Below are positions 31,154 through 43,998 of a stretch of DNA of 64,000 nucleotides, in pieces. Made by a program: the position numbers and the translations under genes. Each line of letters starts with the position of its first letter. Position 1 is the stretch's first letter. Source of the stretch: Anthoceros angustus (Eukaryota; Plantae; Anthocerotophyta). Below the pieces are notes generated by a model. It searched no databases. It was not told the origin of the DNA and saw only the letters and a list, made by a program, of their open reading frames with translations. The DNA lies in the NCBI GenBank assembly GCA_010909165.1, contig MU008169.1, positions 1,674,001 through 1,738,000 on the forward strand. The letters run 5' to 3'.

Positions 31154-32659
31154 TTGAGATCGCACAGCAGGCCATGCCAGGCCGAAACAGGGCCGCGTCT
31201 CACACGAATTATTGGTCCGCGTCTCATACGAATTATCGGCCGGCGTCTCAAACGAATTAATCCGCCTCCGGCCGCTGTTGAGCTTGAGCCACCGATTCTC
31301 ATGCCGCCGGGGATTAGCTCTAGCTGTGATGTTTATCCCCGTCCCAGTTGGAGTCCATACAGAGCCGCGTGGCAGCCTCCCGGACATACCACGCTGGCAG
31401 CGCCACTTGGCAAGGAGCTGGTGCGGGCTAGCGCTATCCTGCAGCAGCAGATGCAGATGCAGCTGCAGCTGCGAGCTTGCCTGAGGGAGCTGGCGAGGCG
31501 AGCGACGAGGAAGCAAGGGAAGATGGCGATGGCGGCGGCGCAGGCGCAGGAGCCGGGGAAGGATATGCTGCGGGTGCTGCAGGGCACGCAGGTGCAGCAG
31601 CTCGTGCAGAACAAGGGGAGGCTGATCGAGGTGCCGTACTCGGCCACGGTGAGCGACGCGCTGAACGCAATGCTGGCGCACAACGTGATGGCGGTGCCGG
31701 TGGCGGCTCCCCCGGGGCACTGGATCGGGGCAGGGGGGACGATGATCATGGAGTCGGACAAGGTGACGGGGGAGGTGCGGAAGCAGTACATCGGCATGGT
31801 GAGCGTGTTCGACATCCTCATCCACATCTGCGACACCCGGTTCGACCCGGACGTGGAGACGCGGCTGGTGCGGCCGATGACGACGGTGATCGGCCACACG
31901 CTGGAGGGCCTCAGCATGTGGACCATCTCCCCGAGCACGACCGTGTACGAGGCCATGGAGCCGATGAGCAAGGGCATCCACCGCGCGCTGGTCCCGGTGG
32001 TGAGCCGGATGGAGCACGGCGCGGGCGTGGAGCTCACGGAGTTCTCCCCGGGCTACCACATGCTCACGCAGACGGATCTGGTGCACTTCTTGCTGGACCA
32101 CGACGCGGAGCTCGGGGGCTTTCTGTCCTCGCACTCTGTGTCTCATGTCGGAGCTGTGCAAGACGACATCGTCGCCGTGCCGGGGAACTTCGATCTGCTC
32201 CGCGCTGTGTTCCATCTGTGGAACAACGGGATGACGGCGGTGGCGGTGCTGGAGCCGGCGCCGGAAGGAGTCGAGCCGGAGTTCGCTTCCGGAAAGGGGA
32301 AGAAGGCGCTGTGTTCTTTCTCCGCCGGCGATCTGAGAGCCTGCGCTGCGGAGACGCTCCGGCTATGGTGCCACAGGCCGCTGCTGGAGTTCTTGCAGCG
32401 GGCCGAGGTCGCCAAGCGTTACGGTCTTGGAGCGGCCTCGATGCAGGAGGGGAAGCTGCTGGACGCGGCTGCCATGCCCAGGCGTCTGGTCGCCTGCTCC
32501 CCGAACGCAACCCTAGCCGAAGCCATGCGGAAAGCCCTTGAGAGCAAAGTGCACCGGGTTTGGATCACGGATGAGGAAGGTCTGCTGCTTGGCGTTGTGC
32601 ATTTCAGCGACATACTGCGAGTAGTTCGCGAGCATGCCAGAGAGTCCAGACACCAGTGA
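31154..32659 (+). CDS. PV42: SnRK1 gamma-like CBS-domain protein (PV42 type), intronless; true start may be about 31523
   Basis: LIEVPYSATVSDALNAML...VMAVPVAAPPGHWIGAGG.MIMESDK.TG.VRKQYIGMV; four CBS repeats ending VHRVWITDEEGLLLGVVHFSDILR. Confidence 0.88.
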   Translation: MRSHSRPCQAETGPRLTRIIGPRLIRIIGRRLKRINPPPAAVELEPPILMPPGISSSCDVYPRPSWSPYRAAWQPPGHTTLAAPLGKELVRASAILQQQMQMQLQLRACLRELARRATRKQGKMAMAAAQAQEPGKDMLRVLQGTQVQQLVQNKGRLIEVPYSATVSDALNAMLAHNVMAVPVAAPPGHWIGAGGTMIMESDKVTGEVRKQYIGMVSVFDILIHICDTRFDPDVETRLVRPMTTVIGHTLEGLSMWTISPSTTVYEAMEPMSKGIHRALVPVVSRMEHGAGVELTEFSPGYHMLTQTDLVHFLLDHDAELGGFLSSHSVSHVGAVQDDIVAVPGNFDLLRAVFHLWNNGMTAVAVLEPAPEGVEPEFASGKGKKALCSFSAGDLRACAAETLRLWCHRPLLEFLQRAEVAKRYGLGAASMQEGKLLDAAAMPRRLVACSPNATLAEAMRKALESKVHRVWITDEEGLLLGVVHFSDILRVVREHARESRHQ

Positions 32660-32842
32660 GTGAGCGAGCGCCGGTTCCTCCAGGTGGTGTACATAGGAGG
32701 GGGTGATCCTTCATCTGTGCATATCCGATTTGGTTAAGCGAAGGTGTGAAGTGAGGCGATGCAGCAGTACTTCCTGTCACCAGATCAGCGAGCTCGTTTG
32801 CAGCTCTAGAGATCGGGATTCCGGCGCTGTGGAGCATGCATG

Positions 32843-35800
32843 TCAGTAGATGACTTGCTGAGCTGCAGAGCACCATGGACATGTTTGGCATTTGAAGACA
32901 TAGTTGTTCCAGTCGATCTTGTTTGCAGGCGTCCCGCATGCTCTGCACTGGATCCTGTCGCCGCCGAGTACGGGGTATCCCGTTACGCAGCAAGCTTCTC
33001 CTCGCGCCTAGAAACAGGAGACAGGAACACTAGATAAGTGAGAACTTGAAAAGGAGTGTGTGATCAAGAACACCGGCATTTCAGCATGCAGAGAGGTGCA
33101 AGCAGGTGCGCTTGTGTTACTTTGCAAAGATAACAGACCAACGCCGAAGCACAGATTTCTCCTTTGCAGCTGCCGCATCTCCTCTTGGTGAAAGTGTGTT
33201 TAACCTGCACCGTTTTCAGCGTCCTTGTCATTCTAACGTCACAGTTGAGTGAAGTGAACTGGAGTGGGCAGGCCGCTGCTACTCACATGTTGGTCCATGC
33301 TGAGTTGAATGACCCAGTCCCGCACTTCCTCCCTCTTTTCCTCTGCATCAATGACGATGTGAAAAGCAGGGACCCGGCCACCACTGTCCTACACACTCTG
33401 CAACTGGGTGTCTGGCTCGTACCTTCCACGTGGTGCTTCTCGGGAATGGGAAAGTCTTGCGGAATATCGGTGGTTTCGAATTCTGATATGTTTGAAGCTG
33501 TTCCGGTGTCTTGGTCATCTATGCCATCTGCAATGTCTAAATACCGGTTGAGGTATAGAAAGGCCATGCTCTCCCAGCCAAGCTGCGTCACACAGTACAG
33601 TTTGTTGCAGAAGAGGGATAAGCGACAGGAATCACCAAGGGCTCGCCAATCAGTGTTTTCACATGAAAGAAGGACAGTAACCTTCTTGCAGGCCATTCCA
33701 GCTTCATAGAAGGCCCTGTCTGCTGGTACCACACCAATATAGCGCAGAAGTGAGATACTGAGCTTGCCCTCCATCTCTTTGAGCCCCTGACATGAGCAGA
33801 CTCTGTTTGTTGGATTCCCAAACAACTTAGCAAGGGGAATCACTGAATCAGTAGCAAAACGCACCTACCTGATCCCTGGCTATACATCGTAACCTCATAA
33901 AACTTGTGGCTGATAGTAGTCTCTTCAACTCGAGACCTTCTGCATGTGCATAGAGTCATGGTCAGTCTTTGTTTCTAGTTCTCAAAGAAACCTGCATTTA
34001 CATGATGGAATGAAGTGAAGGTCAGAGGAAATCACCAGAGTCATCGGGGCTTCCCTTGAGCAGTTTTACCACATCATAGAGGAGAGCCCGCAATTCCTGC
34101 GACAGTTGGTCCAAAACTTATTTTGTGTTTGTCATGTCATCTGGAAGCACAAGCACGGAGCCTGCCTACCTGCACAGAAGATTCTAGAATGCTCGCGTCC
34201 CCTGCAGAATTGAGTAGTTGATGAGCAGCAAAGCAACAGAGGCCGAATGCTGGGGCAGTTGATGGGACCCCATACCGAGCCAAAACGGAGATGGCCTCCG
34301 GACACTGGAAAGGCAACAGCAAACAAAATTGGACACTATCCAGACTTCGCATGTAAGCAGAAAAATCAGAACTTAAGCTAACAATAAATCTCTTGACAAA
34401 CCTGGGCCTTTTGCAAACATGATTTGGCATGACGCATGGAAAAGTCTTTTTGTAAATCCGGACCAACAATACTTGCAAGCTCGTGCACCTGCAAATGAAG
34501 TAGAACTTGAAGTGGTATTGTGTTATACAAGATGCAGGCTCTGCCAGAGGAAAGCACTGATGCGCACCTTCTCCCAGTTCTCTTGTCGAACGTAAAGGTC
34601 AAGTGCTTCAGGTATATTTCCTGTTTTCACCAGCTGATCCGCTTGCCCTTTTTCGACTAAATGTTTCTTGTAGAGATCTTCTACATGCTGGCCATCAGTA
34701 AGAAAGTGTTGCATCAAAGTCTGTCCATCTAACAACCCGTTTGACAATATTCCAGAGATCCGTAACGGCTGCCCTAAGGAATGAGTTCGCCAAGGTTTTC
34801 CGTCACAATCCGGTCCCATTTTAGAAAGGTAGGCCTTAGTACCTTGTGTAGCTGCTGTGTTGAATTTGCTGCCAGGCTACGTGCCTTCTCCCAATTTCCA
34901 GTCAGAATGTAAAGGTCTGCTGCCTGAGAAATTAGTTGAGGTTTATTAGATGCATGTAAGCTGCATGCACCTAGTTTCCTACAGCTGGGTGCAACCACGG
35001 TTCATTACCTCCCGGTGAGCTTTGATGTCTTCATAAAGCTTTGCGGCGTCTTTGTATAATTTAGCAGTGGCGAGTTTCTTGGCAACCTCACCCACAACAT
35101 TTGGGAGACTTCTTGGTGCATGCTCTTTTGCCACCTTTATGGCCATCATCCATATCTGTTTCATACAAGGAAAAGGGTAACCATGAGTCAATTATTGTGA
35201 GGTGGGGTCTCCAATCACATTGGAGTGAAAGGTCTTGCAGAAGGGAGGTTTAAGGACCTGTTGGAGCTTTTGAACATCTGCCACCACAATGTCGTCAACC
35301 TGCAGGTATGCATCTATGGCCTCGTCATAGCTTTGCCTATGCTCTAAAGCCCTAGCCCTTGCCATAATAAGCTCCACCGTCTCCGTGCCCCCATTCTGGC
35401 TGGGAATAAGGCATGACAGATGGTAAACCGGTTGGTACCCTTGCATACACCAATGATTAACACCTGCTCAGAGAAGATAGCAGCATGACATTGCCACTCA
35501 TAATGAGGAGATGTGCACCTCTGCAAGAGAGCAGCCAACTCAGAATGGATATCAGGGACTTTCGCTGGCATGTAGACCTTCGCAACACGTAGGGCATCAT
35601 CCCATTTGTTGTTCTCCTTGTACATCGATATTGCCAGATCTGCTCTCTTAGCCTGATGTTCAGCCAGCCATTCACAAAGTTGCGATTTAAGGCCTAGAAC
35701 ACTTAGATTTTGGAGTCATCTGACAAGTCCCACCTTGGTCAAGAGTGCTTCAGCTTGGGCAAATTCCTTCTTCTCTATTAGCAACTGCGCCTGTGCAACC

Positions 35801-38800
35801 TGCTCCACAGCAATCGTTGCTGAGTGGGATGGGGATCGCATAACAGACAGACTCATTGTCAAATCAGATGTTCTAAGGTGGGCAATGTCCGACCTGGATA
35901 TGCGACATGGCAGCAGGGTCACACAAGTCTGCCACACGCATAGCTGCAAGCCAGTCCTTTTGATGTATGTACATCTCTATAGCCTCTCTAGGCTTTCCGA
36001 CTTTTATAAATTCTTCTTCTGCATCTTTGAATCGCCCTTCATCCTCCAGATACATAGCATACTTTAATTGCACCTGTCGTTGGCATGGTGACGTTAGCAA
36101 CTACTTATCTTAACACAATGACATGATTGAACATTATTTGCCAGCGGTTATATTGACCCTGTGATGCAAATCACCTCAGGCAACTTGAGTTTAGAGGAAG
36201 CACGACAAAGGTCAAATGCATGTTCAAATGCACCAGCTTCCATTGCATACTCAATAGCTTGTTCCACGAGGCCCAACTTCGCCAGAAGCTGAGCCCCATT
36301 CTCTCCACCAAGGGAAACAGCCCATGCATACGCAACCTAGCACAGATAGAAGTATCAAGAGTGGTTCAAGTCGAAATAACTCGCCATGGCATGCCATGTG
36401 AGTAAAGGTACCTGATTTGATCCCTCAACGCCACCATGGAGTTTCGCAACTCTCATTGCATCTTCCCACGAGCCCTTTGAGCTGTACATCTGCAACACAC
36501 AGAATAACGACCCAACTGGATCACTACAGGTCAGTAGCTATGCCCACATCCATAATAATGTCACAGATGATTACCGTAACAGCTGTCTTCCACTCTTGAG
36601 CTTCCAGAAAGTGTTGTTCAGCGTCTCTCAAAGAACCTGCTGATTGAAGCAGTCATCAACGATGAAAGACATGTCTTGCTTCTCAGGACTCTCGTAAATC
36701 CTTGATCTGCTGTTCCACTACTAGTGAACATGAAGGATATACAACTAGGGACAGTGTGACAGAAAATTACCCTCGGTTGCAAATTGTTTTGCCAGTTGAA
36801 GATGTGTATCTTGTAACAGATCCTGCATCATTTGAGGGTAAGTGATCAGGACACAGAAACTGTTACATCTGGCAATCGATAACACCAGAAACCAGAACTG
36901 ACCCTCCGATACTTGGCAACAAGGCGGATCATGTTGTCAAATGCTCGTGCTTTCTTGTACATGCTGATAGCTAAATCATGCTCTTTGGCTTCCAAATACA
37001 ATGCCTCAGCATCTTTGAAATGCCCAAGTGCTTCTAATTCCGTGGCTCGCTGCAAGTACAATACTGCCGCCTCTTCTTCTGACAAGTATCTTGATGCCAC
37101 CTGTGATATTAGAAGGAGAAAAATGAGGGTAGCCCTTAGTCTGCACTGGCCGAAGGACTTCCTGGAAATCACAAGAGTGACCTTCTGAGCAGCTTCCCAT
37201 TTGCTGGCACGTATGTACATCTCAAGAGCTTCATTAGCAAGCTTTGCACGGATGAAATATTTCTCAGCCTCATCATACTGCTTTGATGCTTCAAAATGTC
37301 TTGCAAATTTTTCATAAAATGGCAGAGCAACCTGAAAAGAGCATTTGTTTCTCATGTTACTTAGACCTTACTGAAAGGATGGTTTAGCAATCAGAAAGTG
37401 ATCTAGCAACCCCTGTGCGAACCTGAGCACTCTGAGCTTCTAAAATCTGCACAGCTTTTGTCCATTGCTTTGATGCTATTGCTGATTCTACAGCTTTTGT
37501 CCCGGATCCAGCTTCAATGAAATGATTGATGGCAGCATCCACCTGTAACCTCGGTTATATAACACCAGCCACCCGGCATAAGAAAGGAAAGAGTGTAGAG
37601 CATAGCCTGTCAGCGGCATGAACCAACTTGATAAAACACTCTGTACCTGGTTTTGAGAGACAAGCCAATTGCCCCATTCTTCTTCCAGGGGAACAACCTC
37701 ACTGGGAAACTCTCTTCGCGCAAGATCCACTGCATGCCGATATGCATGGCCTCGTCGATATGACTCCTTGGCTCGATCATTGTATCCAAATCTCTCCAAA
37801 AACATGCCAGCCTGACCACATTACACCAATGGCAGCTTTAGTGATGTCACTTTTGGCCCTCCGCCAAAATATCGCACCTTCTACGCAGCACATGTCAACG
37901 ATATGAACCTTCTCAAAAAGTCCTGCACGAGTAAGGGCTCCAGCTATTGACTCAAGGACTTCACTCTGCGACCACACACAATTCCTGTCTTAGCAGGCTC
38001 ACGAATCACTGTACTTGAAAAAAGTAGTCTGCAAAAGACCGTGTGTGTCAGTGCACCTGAAAGGCAAATGAATGCCTCATGGCACAATCTGCAGCATATC
38101 CTGGTAAGCCTCCTCTGAGAAACAAAGTTACTGCGCCAAGAACATCACCTTCTGCCTCTTTCAATTTACCAGCTTCCTCCTCCTGGCAAACTTGACGTTG
38201 TTAGGTCCACAAAGGTCAGAGACTAGGACAGCCTGTGCTTAAGAAAATCCAAGGATTGTGCTCTCCATATCATACCTGCCCTGTTTGCAAAAGCTGCTCA
38301 AAATAATTATGCCTCAGCATTCCCGCATCTGGGTGATTTTGGCTCTCTGCAACTGCTATGGCCTCCTTCCATCTGAAGCCAGCAGGCACACAGACAGAAT
38401 CTGGTCATTCTTGGTGTCCTAATGTCCTGAACACCGGCTCACTGCAGAATTATTTCATAACAAGACACAGCACTCAGAACGTTAGCCAGGTCAGACTGTA
38501 TTACTTATGACACCGAGTGTACATCTGTAAAATTTCATCCACACGTCCATGTTCGAGCAATATTATTTCTGCCGCCTGCAGTTCACGTCACCATTCCAGC
38601 CACTTGAAAGTGGGCTATGTACACAGCCTCCGAAAAGGACAGCAGATTATGAGGATGACCTTCCACTGATGTTTAAGTACAGCCAACTTTGCTCGGACCA
38701 AGTAGTGATCAAGAACTTCTCTTTGGACTTCTGGCACCACGGTTTCCTTTATCTTATTAACCTGCATGGATAGCAGCAGATTCTTTCAGGGCGCTGCAAC

Positions 38801-41800
38801 CAATATTTGTGTCCAAAGAGATGACAGCTAGTTCACCTTGTGGATGTACTGTGCTTTCGCAACATCACCGAGAGCTGCATAGCAACGCTCTGCATAAGTG
38901 AGCTCCCGGAATGACAGTGCAGTGGAGCCCAGCTGGCATTAGTCTCCAAGAAAGTTTGTCAGCAAAATAGTTCCACCACCATTCAGAACAATTAATACGG
39001 TTGTTGAGCTAGATATCAGAGAATGAGGTAACACCTGCCTCCACATGGCTTCAGTCTCTGCAGTTAATTGAAGCGGTTCAAGAATTGCAATTGCACGGTC
39101 GTAGTCTAAGTTTTCCAGCGCCGACCCGAATTCAATCAGTGCTTCATCCAGGACATAGCTTACCTGAATCCGCAATTTCATTGTGCCAAGTTCAGTGTAC
39201 AGGTTGAGTGTAACATGATTAACGTCAAACAAACTGATGAAATCTAGAAAATACCGTATTCAGTCCCTCATTCACAATCACTTCAGTGCGTCCTTGACTT
39301 CGCTCGATGTTCTCTACTTCTCCCTGTTAAATCATCCTCATATCAAGTATTTCAGTTCAGATCAGATGTTCAGGTCATACTTCTCATAACAAGCAAAGGC
39401 TCTATATTCCAACAAATGTGAGAGCTTGTAACATCAGTAGGTCTGCAGAACCTGACCTTAATGGGAAAGACCGTAGACTGTTCAGGATTTTTTATGCTGT
39501 ACCACACATAGAGGTTCCCCATGTTCTACAGTCCAGCAGTGAGCCAAAGGAAGGAGACTTAGACCACGGAACCAGCAACCTTTCACATTGCCTAAATATA
39601 TGTCTCATTCACGAGGGAGAAGTTGTTTCAGTGAGACCTGAGCAACAACAACATCACTATCTGGCACCCACTGAACATAGTTGCAAAAGCTTAACAGGGT
39701 TGTCCGCTCCTACATCAAAATTAGAGAAGACCAAATGGGCCTTGCCCCAGTCAGCCTGCCTTAATGTTTTCTGTGGCAAAAGGACGTTTGCAAATTCCTC
39801 AAGGAAGAGGACCTGTGTAGCAAGATTGAACAGATGCAGTTGTTGTTTATTGTCCCGGAAAAGAAGAAAAGTTGCGCTTGGATTCAACTCAAGCCAATCA
39901 ATTTGGCAGTCATGGTTGAGTGAGCCAGCCGTGCAGCCACTGCATAATTGGTTTGAGAGCACGTGGGTTAGCAGCCGAAGTGTACAGCAGAAGTCATTTT
40001 ATTCAATACCAGACAATCTCGCAGAACATAGAAAAGTGCAATACAGTTCGAGTACCTTACGAGATCAAGAATTCTGATGGTCTGGAGGTCTATAAGATAT
40101 GCTATCTTCTTGTTCTCGTCCTGCCCTGCCTGCACTGCCGATGTGTGGTCGTTTAGGCGGACACTGATGAGAAATTGAGTCAAATGCTCTGTCCGGCAGG
40201 TTCCCAAGATCTCATTACAACCATACTCCACCAGGGAAAGCTCCCCTGCGTTGTAGATCATACAAACTGATGGATAGTCAACTATAAATTTTTCATTTCC
40301 ACTCCCGCACCAAGCCACCTGGTTTGTAGCATTCAAAAGTCTCAAATGAATGCACATCACTGTTGATTGAGCACTAGTTGACAACCTTGCAATAACAAGG
40401 AGGAAATGGGCCAAAAATAACACACTATTCCATGTCCCACCTCTGAGAGTTTGCAGCTCTCCAAATTGCCCATGAGCAGGGTCTCGGAAGTATGAGCGAT
40501 AAGATACTGCAATCCAGGTCTATTGGTTAGTGGGAGGAAGACTTCACTACAAGCAGTGTTAGACCATGAATATTTTGATTTGACAACGAGGTCGCACTTG
40601 ATCATGGTAGATATTTATTTTAGTGATTTCGAATCCACAGTCAGAGCGGAGGACAATCCTTGTGCCAGATGACAACCTCTTTATGATCACCTGCCAGCAA
40701 CAGCAAATTTTTACCCCAGAAAGATCTTTTGGCCAGAACACACTGCAACTGTTTCAGGCTTCCCAGATTCTAAATGCTGTGATTGATAACCTGGCTTTTT
40801 GTGATGTAGGTGAATTCAAATTTGTCCTGGTACCGGTGCCTGCTGAGGCATGCATCAAAGAGATCTACATTCCCACACAGACCGCCGAGTGCAAGCTGGC
40901 TGAATTCATGACAAGGAACTCCTGTGAGTCCATTATAAAATACCTGAATCCAGTGACTTCTGAGTACAATGTCCTGATTCACAAGAAGGATCCTGATTCT
41001 GTACACAAACTGTGTCCATCTGCCCAAGATAAGGAACACACAACTGAAGCACTCACGTGCAACACAAATAGATAGGGTTGCAAAAGAGGCAGGAACCTGC
41101 CATCGGGTTTCCACGCCAGAGCAGATACAGTGTACAAGTTCTCAATTTCCATCCCTCCAATATCCTCCCAAAACCCATTTTGGCCTGTCAAGCTGCAGAA
41201 TGTCAAGGTCAGCTGGTGTTTCTGACAAAGCGAGTCCTTCCCAGCACAGACATTCTGTGGGATCTCATTGCTCAATAACACAGCACCTGAAAGTATGAAA
41301 TCCATTGAAACACCCAAGCACCACTGTCTCTCCACTTGGATTAAAGCACACAGACACAAATTCTTGTGCAGCCTACATGGATGTTGCATGTCATCAAAGC
41401 AGGCAAAGTGAGGCTTTGTATTTTGCTGTCTATTCCACAGTAATCGTGCACACCTGGATATTGCTGTAGTCGAACTGTTGCAAAATTCCACCATTGGTAT
41501 CAAAGAATGCGACCTGTTGAGAGAGCACACTTTGAGTTCGTGATGCAAGGCAACAAAGAGAGATAGTTTGGCACATAATTTAGTATTCAATAACACCTTG
41601 CAGTCAGGTCCTGCTGCCACAATGCTCTTGCCCCACGCAAGAACAAAAGGTATGCTACCTGCAGCATATTCAATGATATGCATTTGCAGTCACAGACGGG
41701 ATGTTGCTGAGAACACATGGAATGAACTTAAACATGAAGCATGTCCCAGACAAGCACACAGCTTGTGAAAACATTTGCCTGGATCAGACTTCGCTGCCAT

Positions 41801-42932
41801 CAGTACCATGATTTGCCAATTTGACCGCAGAGATGCCATGTCCGGAAGCCTCAAAAGTTAACCTTTAAGAGGACGCAACAATGAAAGCAATCAGGCCATC
41901 CATGCAGACGTTATCTCCTTGAAACTAACTCCAGGAGAAAAGCTACAAACAACCTTATTTTATTCCTCAAGTCCTTTCTTTCTCATGGCATAGGAATGCA
42001 GATTCTGATTATCCCATTCTATGGCGTTTCTAACCTGTAAATTGAACCATCGAGGTGCCCAACAAGGCAAGCTGAACCATCAGGACTAGAAGCGAGGCTC
42101 ACAACAGGACTCCCACCTCCATGTGCATAGACAGTTGCCGCCTTGTTTGTTCGTAAGTGGCCAGACTGGAACCCAAATTTTCAACACAAACATGTCAACA
42201 CGTCTCTTGCAAGACAGATCCCCAGATGAAGTCTGCAAGAGGGAAGATCAGTCCGCACCTTCACTTTGCCATCAAAGAGGCCAAACACTAGGTCGTTGAG
42301 ATGTTTGCTTGGCCACACAATACTCACAATCGAGGAAGTCTCCTGGAACTTGTTGCATATAGACTTCTTGTCCCCCCATTCCGTCCTGAAGCAGCATCCA
42401 GGTGTCTCATCAAGACACGGAACGAATACATGCAAAGAACAGAATGCGCATGCACATACACAACATACCCGAGCCTGTAGACAAAGATGATGTGATCACT
42501 TTGTGCAATCGCCAACCTCGTGCTATCAGGAGAAAACACCATGCCCACTACTATATAGCTCTTGGATTCCTGCAGGGGAGACTGTTCTCATTTTCTAAGC
42601 AGGTAGGTGACGGTTTAGCAGTGAAAGTCACTGTGACTTAAACTATGCGGTTTCAAATCCAGCACCCTGGGATCTGCAGGCTTTGTCGAAAACTTGTCCT
42701 TCAGTTCCCCATTTTCATCGAATAAGCTGACAACACGTTGCATAGAAACAGCAGCCAGTCTGCGACTGTTCAAGAAGTTGTCTTGTAAGTATCTTGCTCT
42801 GTGGAAGTGGTCACAACAAGCTCAGTCGTCTTCACAACGTAGTACAAACCTGTTGGGGGACCAAGCTAGTGCTGTAACTTTGTCGATCTGGTTGATAGCA
42901 GGTATAGGAGAACTGATGTATCGGAGCTGCAT
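32843..42932 (-). CDS. IFT172: Intraflagellar transport protein 172, many exons
   Basis: Start [27 protein letters not shown] (ATG 42932); [20 protein letters not shown]; [11 protein letters not shown]; [35 protein letters not shown]; [11 protein letters not shown]; C-terminal CCVTGYPV...CRAC...CPWC...IY* (TGA 32843-32845). Confidence 0.95.
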
Positions 42933-43998
42933 TTTCGCTGCAGGTTTTTCTATGCACCGAGCAGGTGGCTCAATTCACCTAACTAGAGCAGATTCTAGTC
43001 CCATTCAGCCAGTTGCAGATATCATCACTACATTACAGCTACTTTGGAGCTTGTGAGATACAGAAACTTGACACAAGAAGTGCTCCACGATTTAATAGTC
43101 AAGTCCTCCGCAATTTCCTGTGTTTGTGTCCCTCAATGGAGTGTAACTGCTTCCTCGGATGTGGGTTCCTGAGGTGTGGAGGTTAACTGCTGCCTACGGT
43201 TCTCCTTCTAGGGTTTCTCTGTCCACAGTCCGGGTATACGCTGGTGCTGATGAGATTGTAAGCAAACTCCTCTTGAACAGTCACACTCCTTCATACCCAT
43301 TCCCTGGAGCTCATCTCCAGTCAGTGCATGAGGCCACTGTCAGTGCTCCTGAAGCCTGACATTCAAAGCGGGGCTGTATTTTGTACAATTCTGCGGAACC
43401 ACTAAAGACAAGTGGCAGTCTACTGATTCCCGCGGGCCTGCTTGCTGCCGTCTATGCATTTGCGAACTGACACAGCTACAGTGGCAGAACAATCGTATCG
43501 TCCCGAGAACCTGGATCCAGGCTGGATGGTCAGATGCATGGCACGAGCGCACTTGTGAGATTCAAAGAGGCAGATTTAGGGACGGACATAATCTAAACAT
43601 ACCTTCCTATTTTAGCTGGCCCGTCCTCAGCACCGGAAAATAACTGTAACGATGCAGAATGTGGGCGCTTAAAACCTCGCGATTTGATTGTCGGGTTGAG
43701 GATCGACATGGAGTGCATTGAGAGAGATCTCATTATCATCGAGGAATGCGAAGTTGATCAGCAGTCGAGGATGTGGGTTGATGCAAATTCAGAAAGCATG
43801 CCTGAAGATGCGCCACATTTGCAGTCAGTCCTGGGTTTAGCCTGGTCCTTTGTCCCCAGACATCAGTAAAAGGTTCCTCCATGACATGAAGCTCGGGACG
43901 CTTCAGGGAATCGGCTAAAATCACCTTCTTGGGTTTTGTTAAGCGATCGCCCAATGTAAGCAGGAAAGGCCTGATTGCGCGGTGTCTATTAGACAGCC

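Noticed and set aside
30208-32541. Long antisense or alternative-frame ORFs over HCCS and PV42 (279, 400, 354 and 234 aa)
   Set aside because: Low-complexity shadow translations of GC-rich coding sequence.
36733-36740. ATATCCTT on the minus strand as a second U12 donor in IFT172
   Set aside because: It lies inside a normal GT-AG intron whose flanking exons already join in frame.
39418-41075. Plus-strand ORFs of 150-219 aa within IFT172
   Set aside because: Antisense to IFT172 exons and introns; no recognisable motifs.
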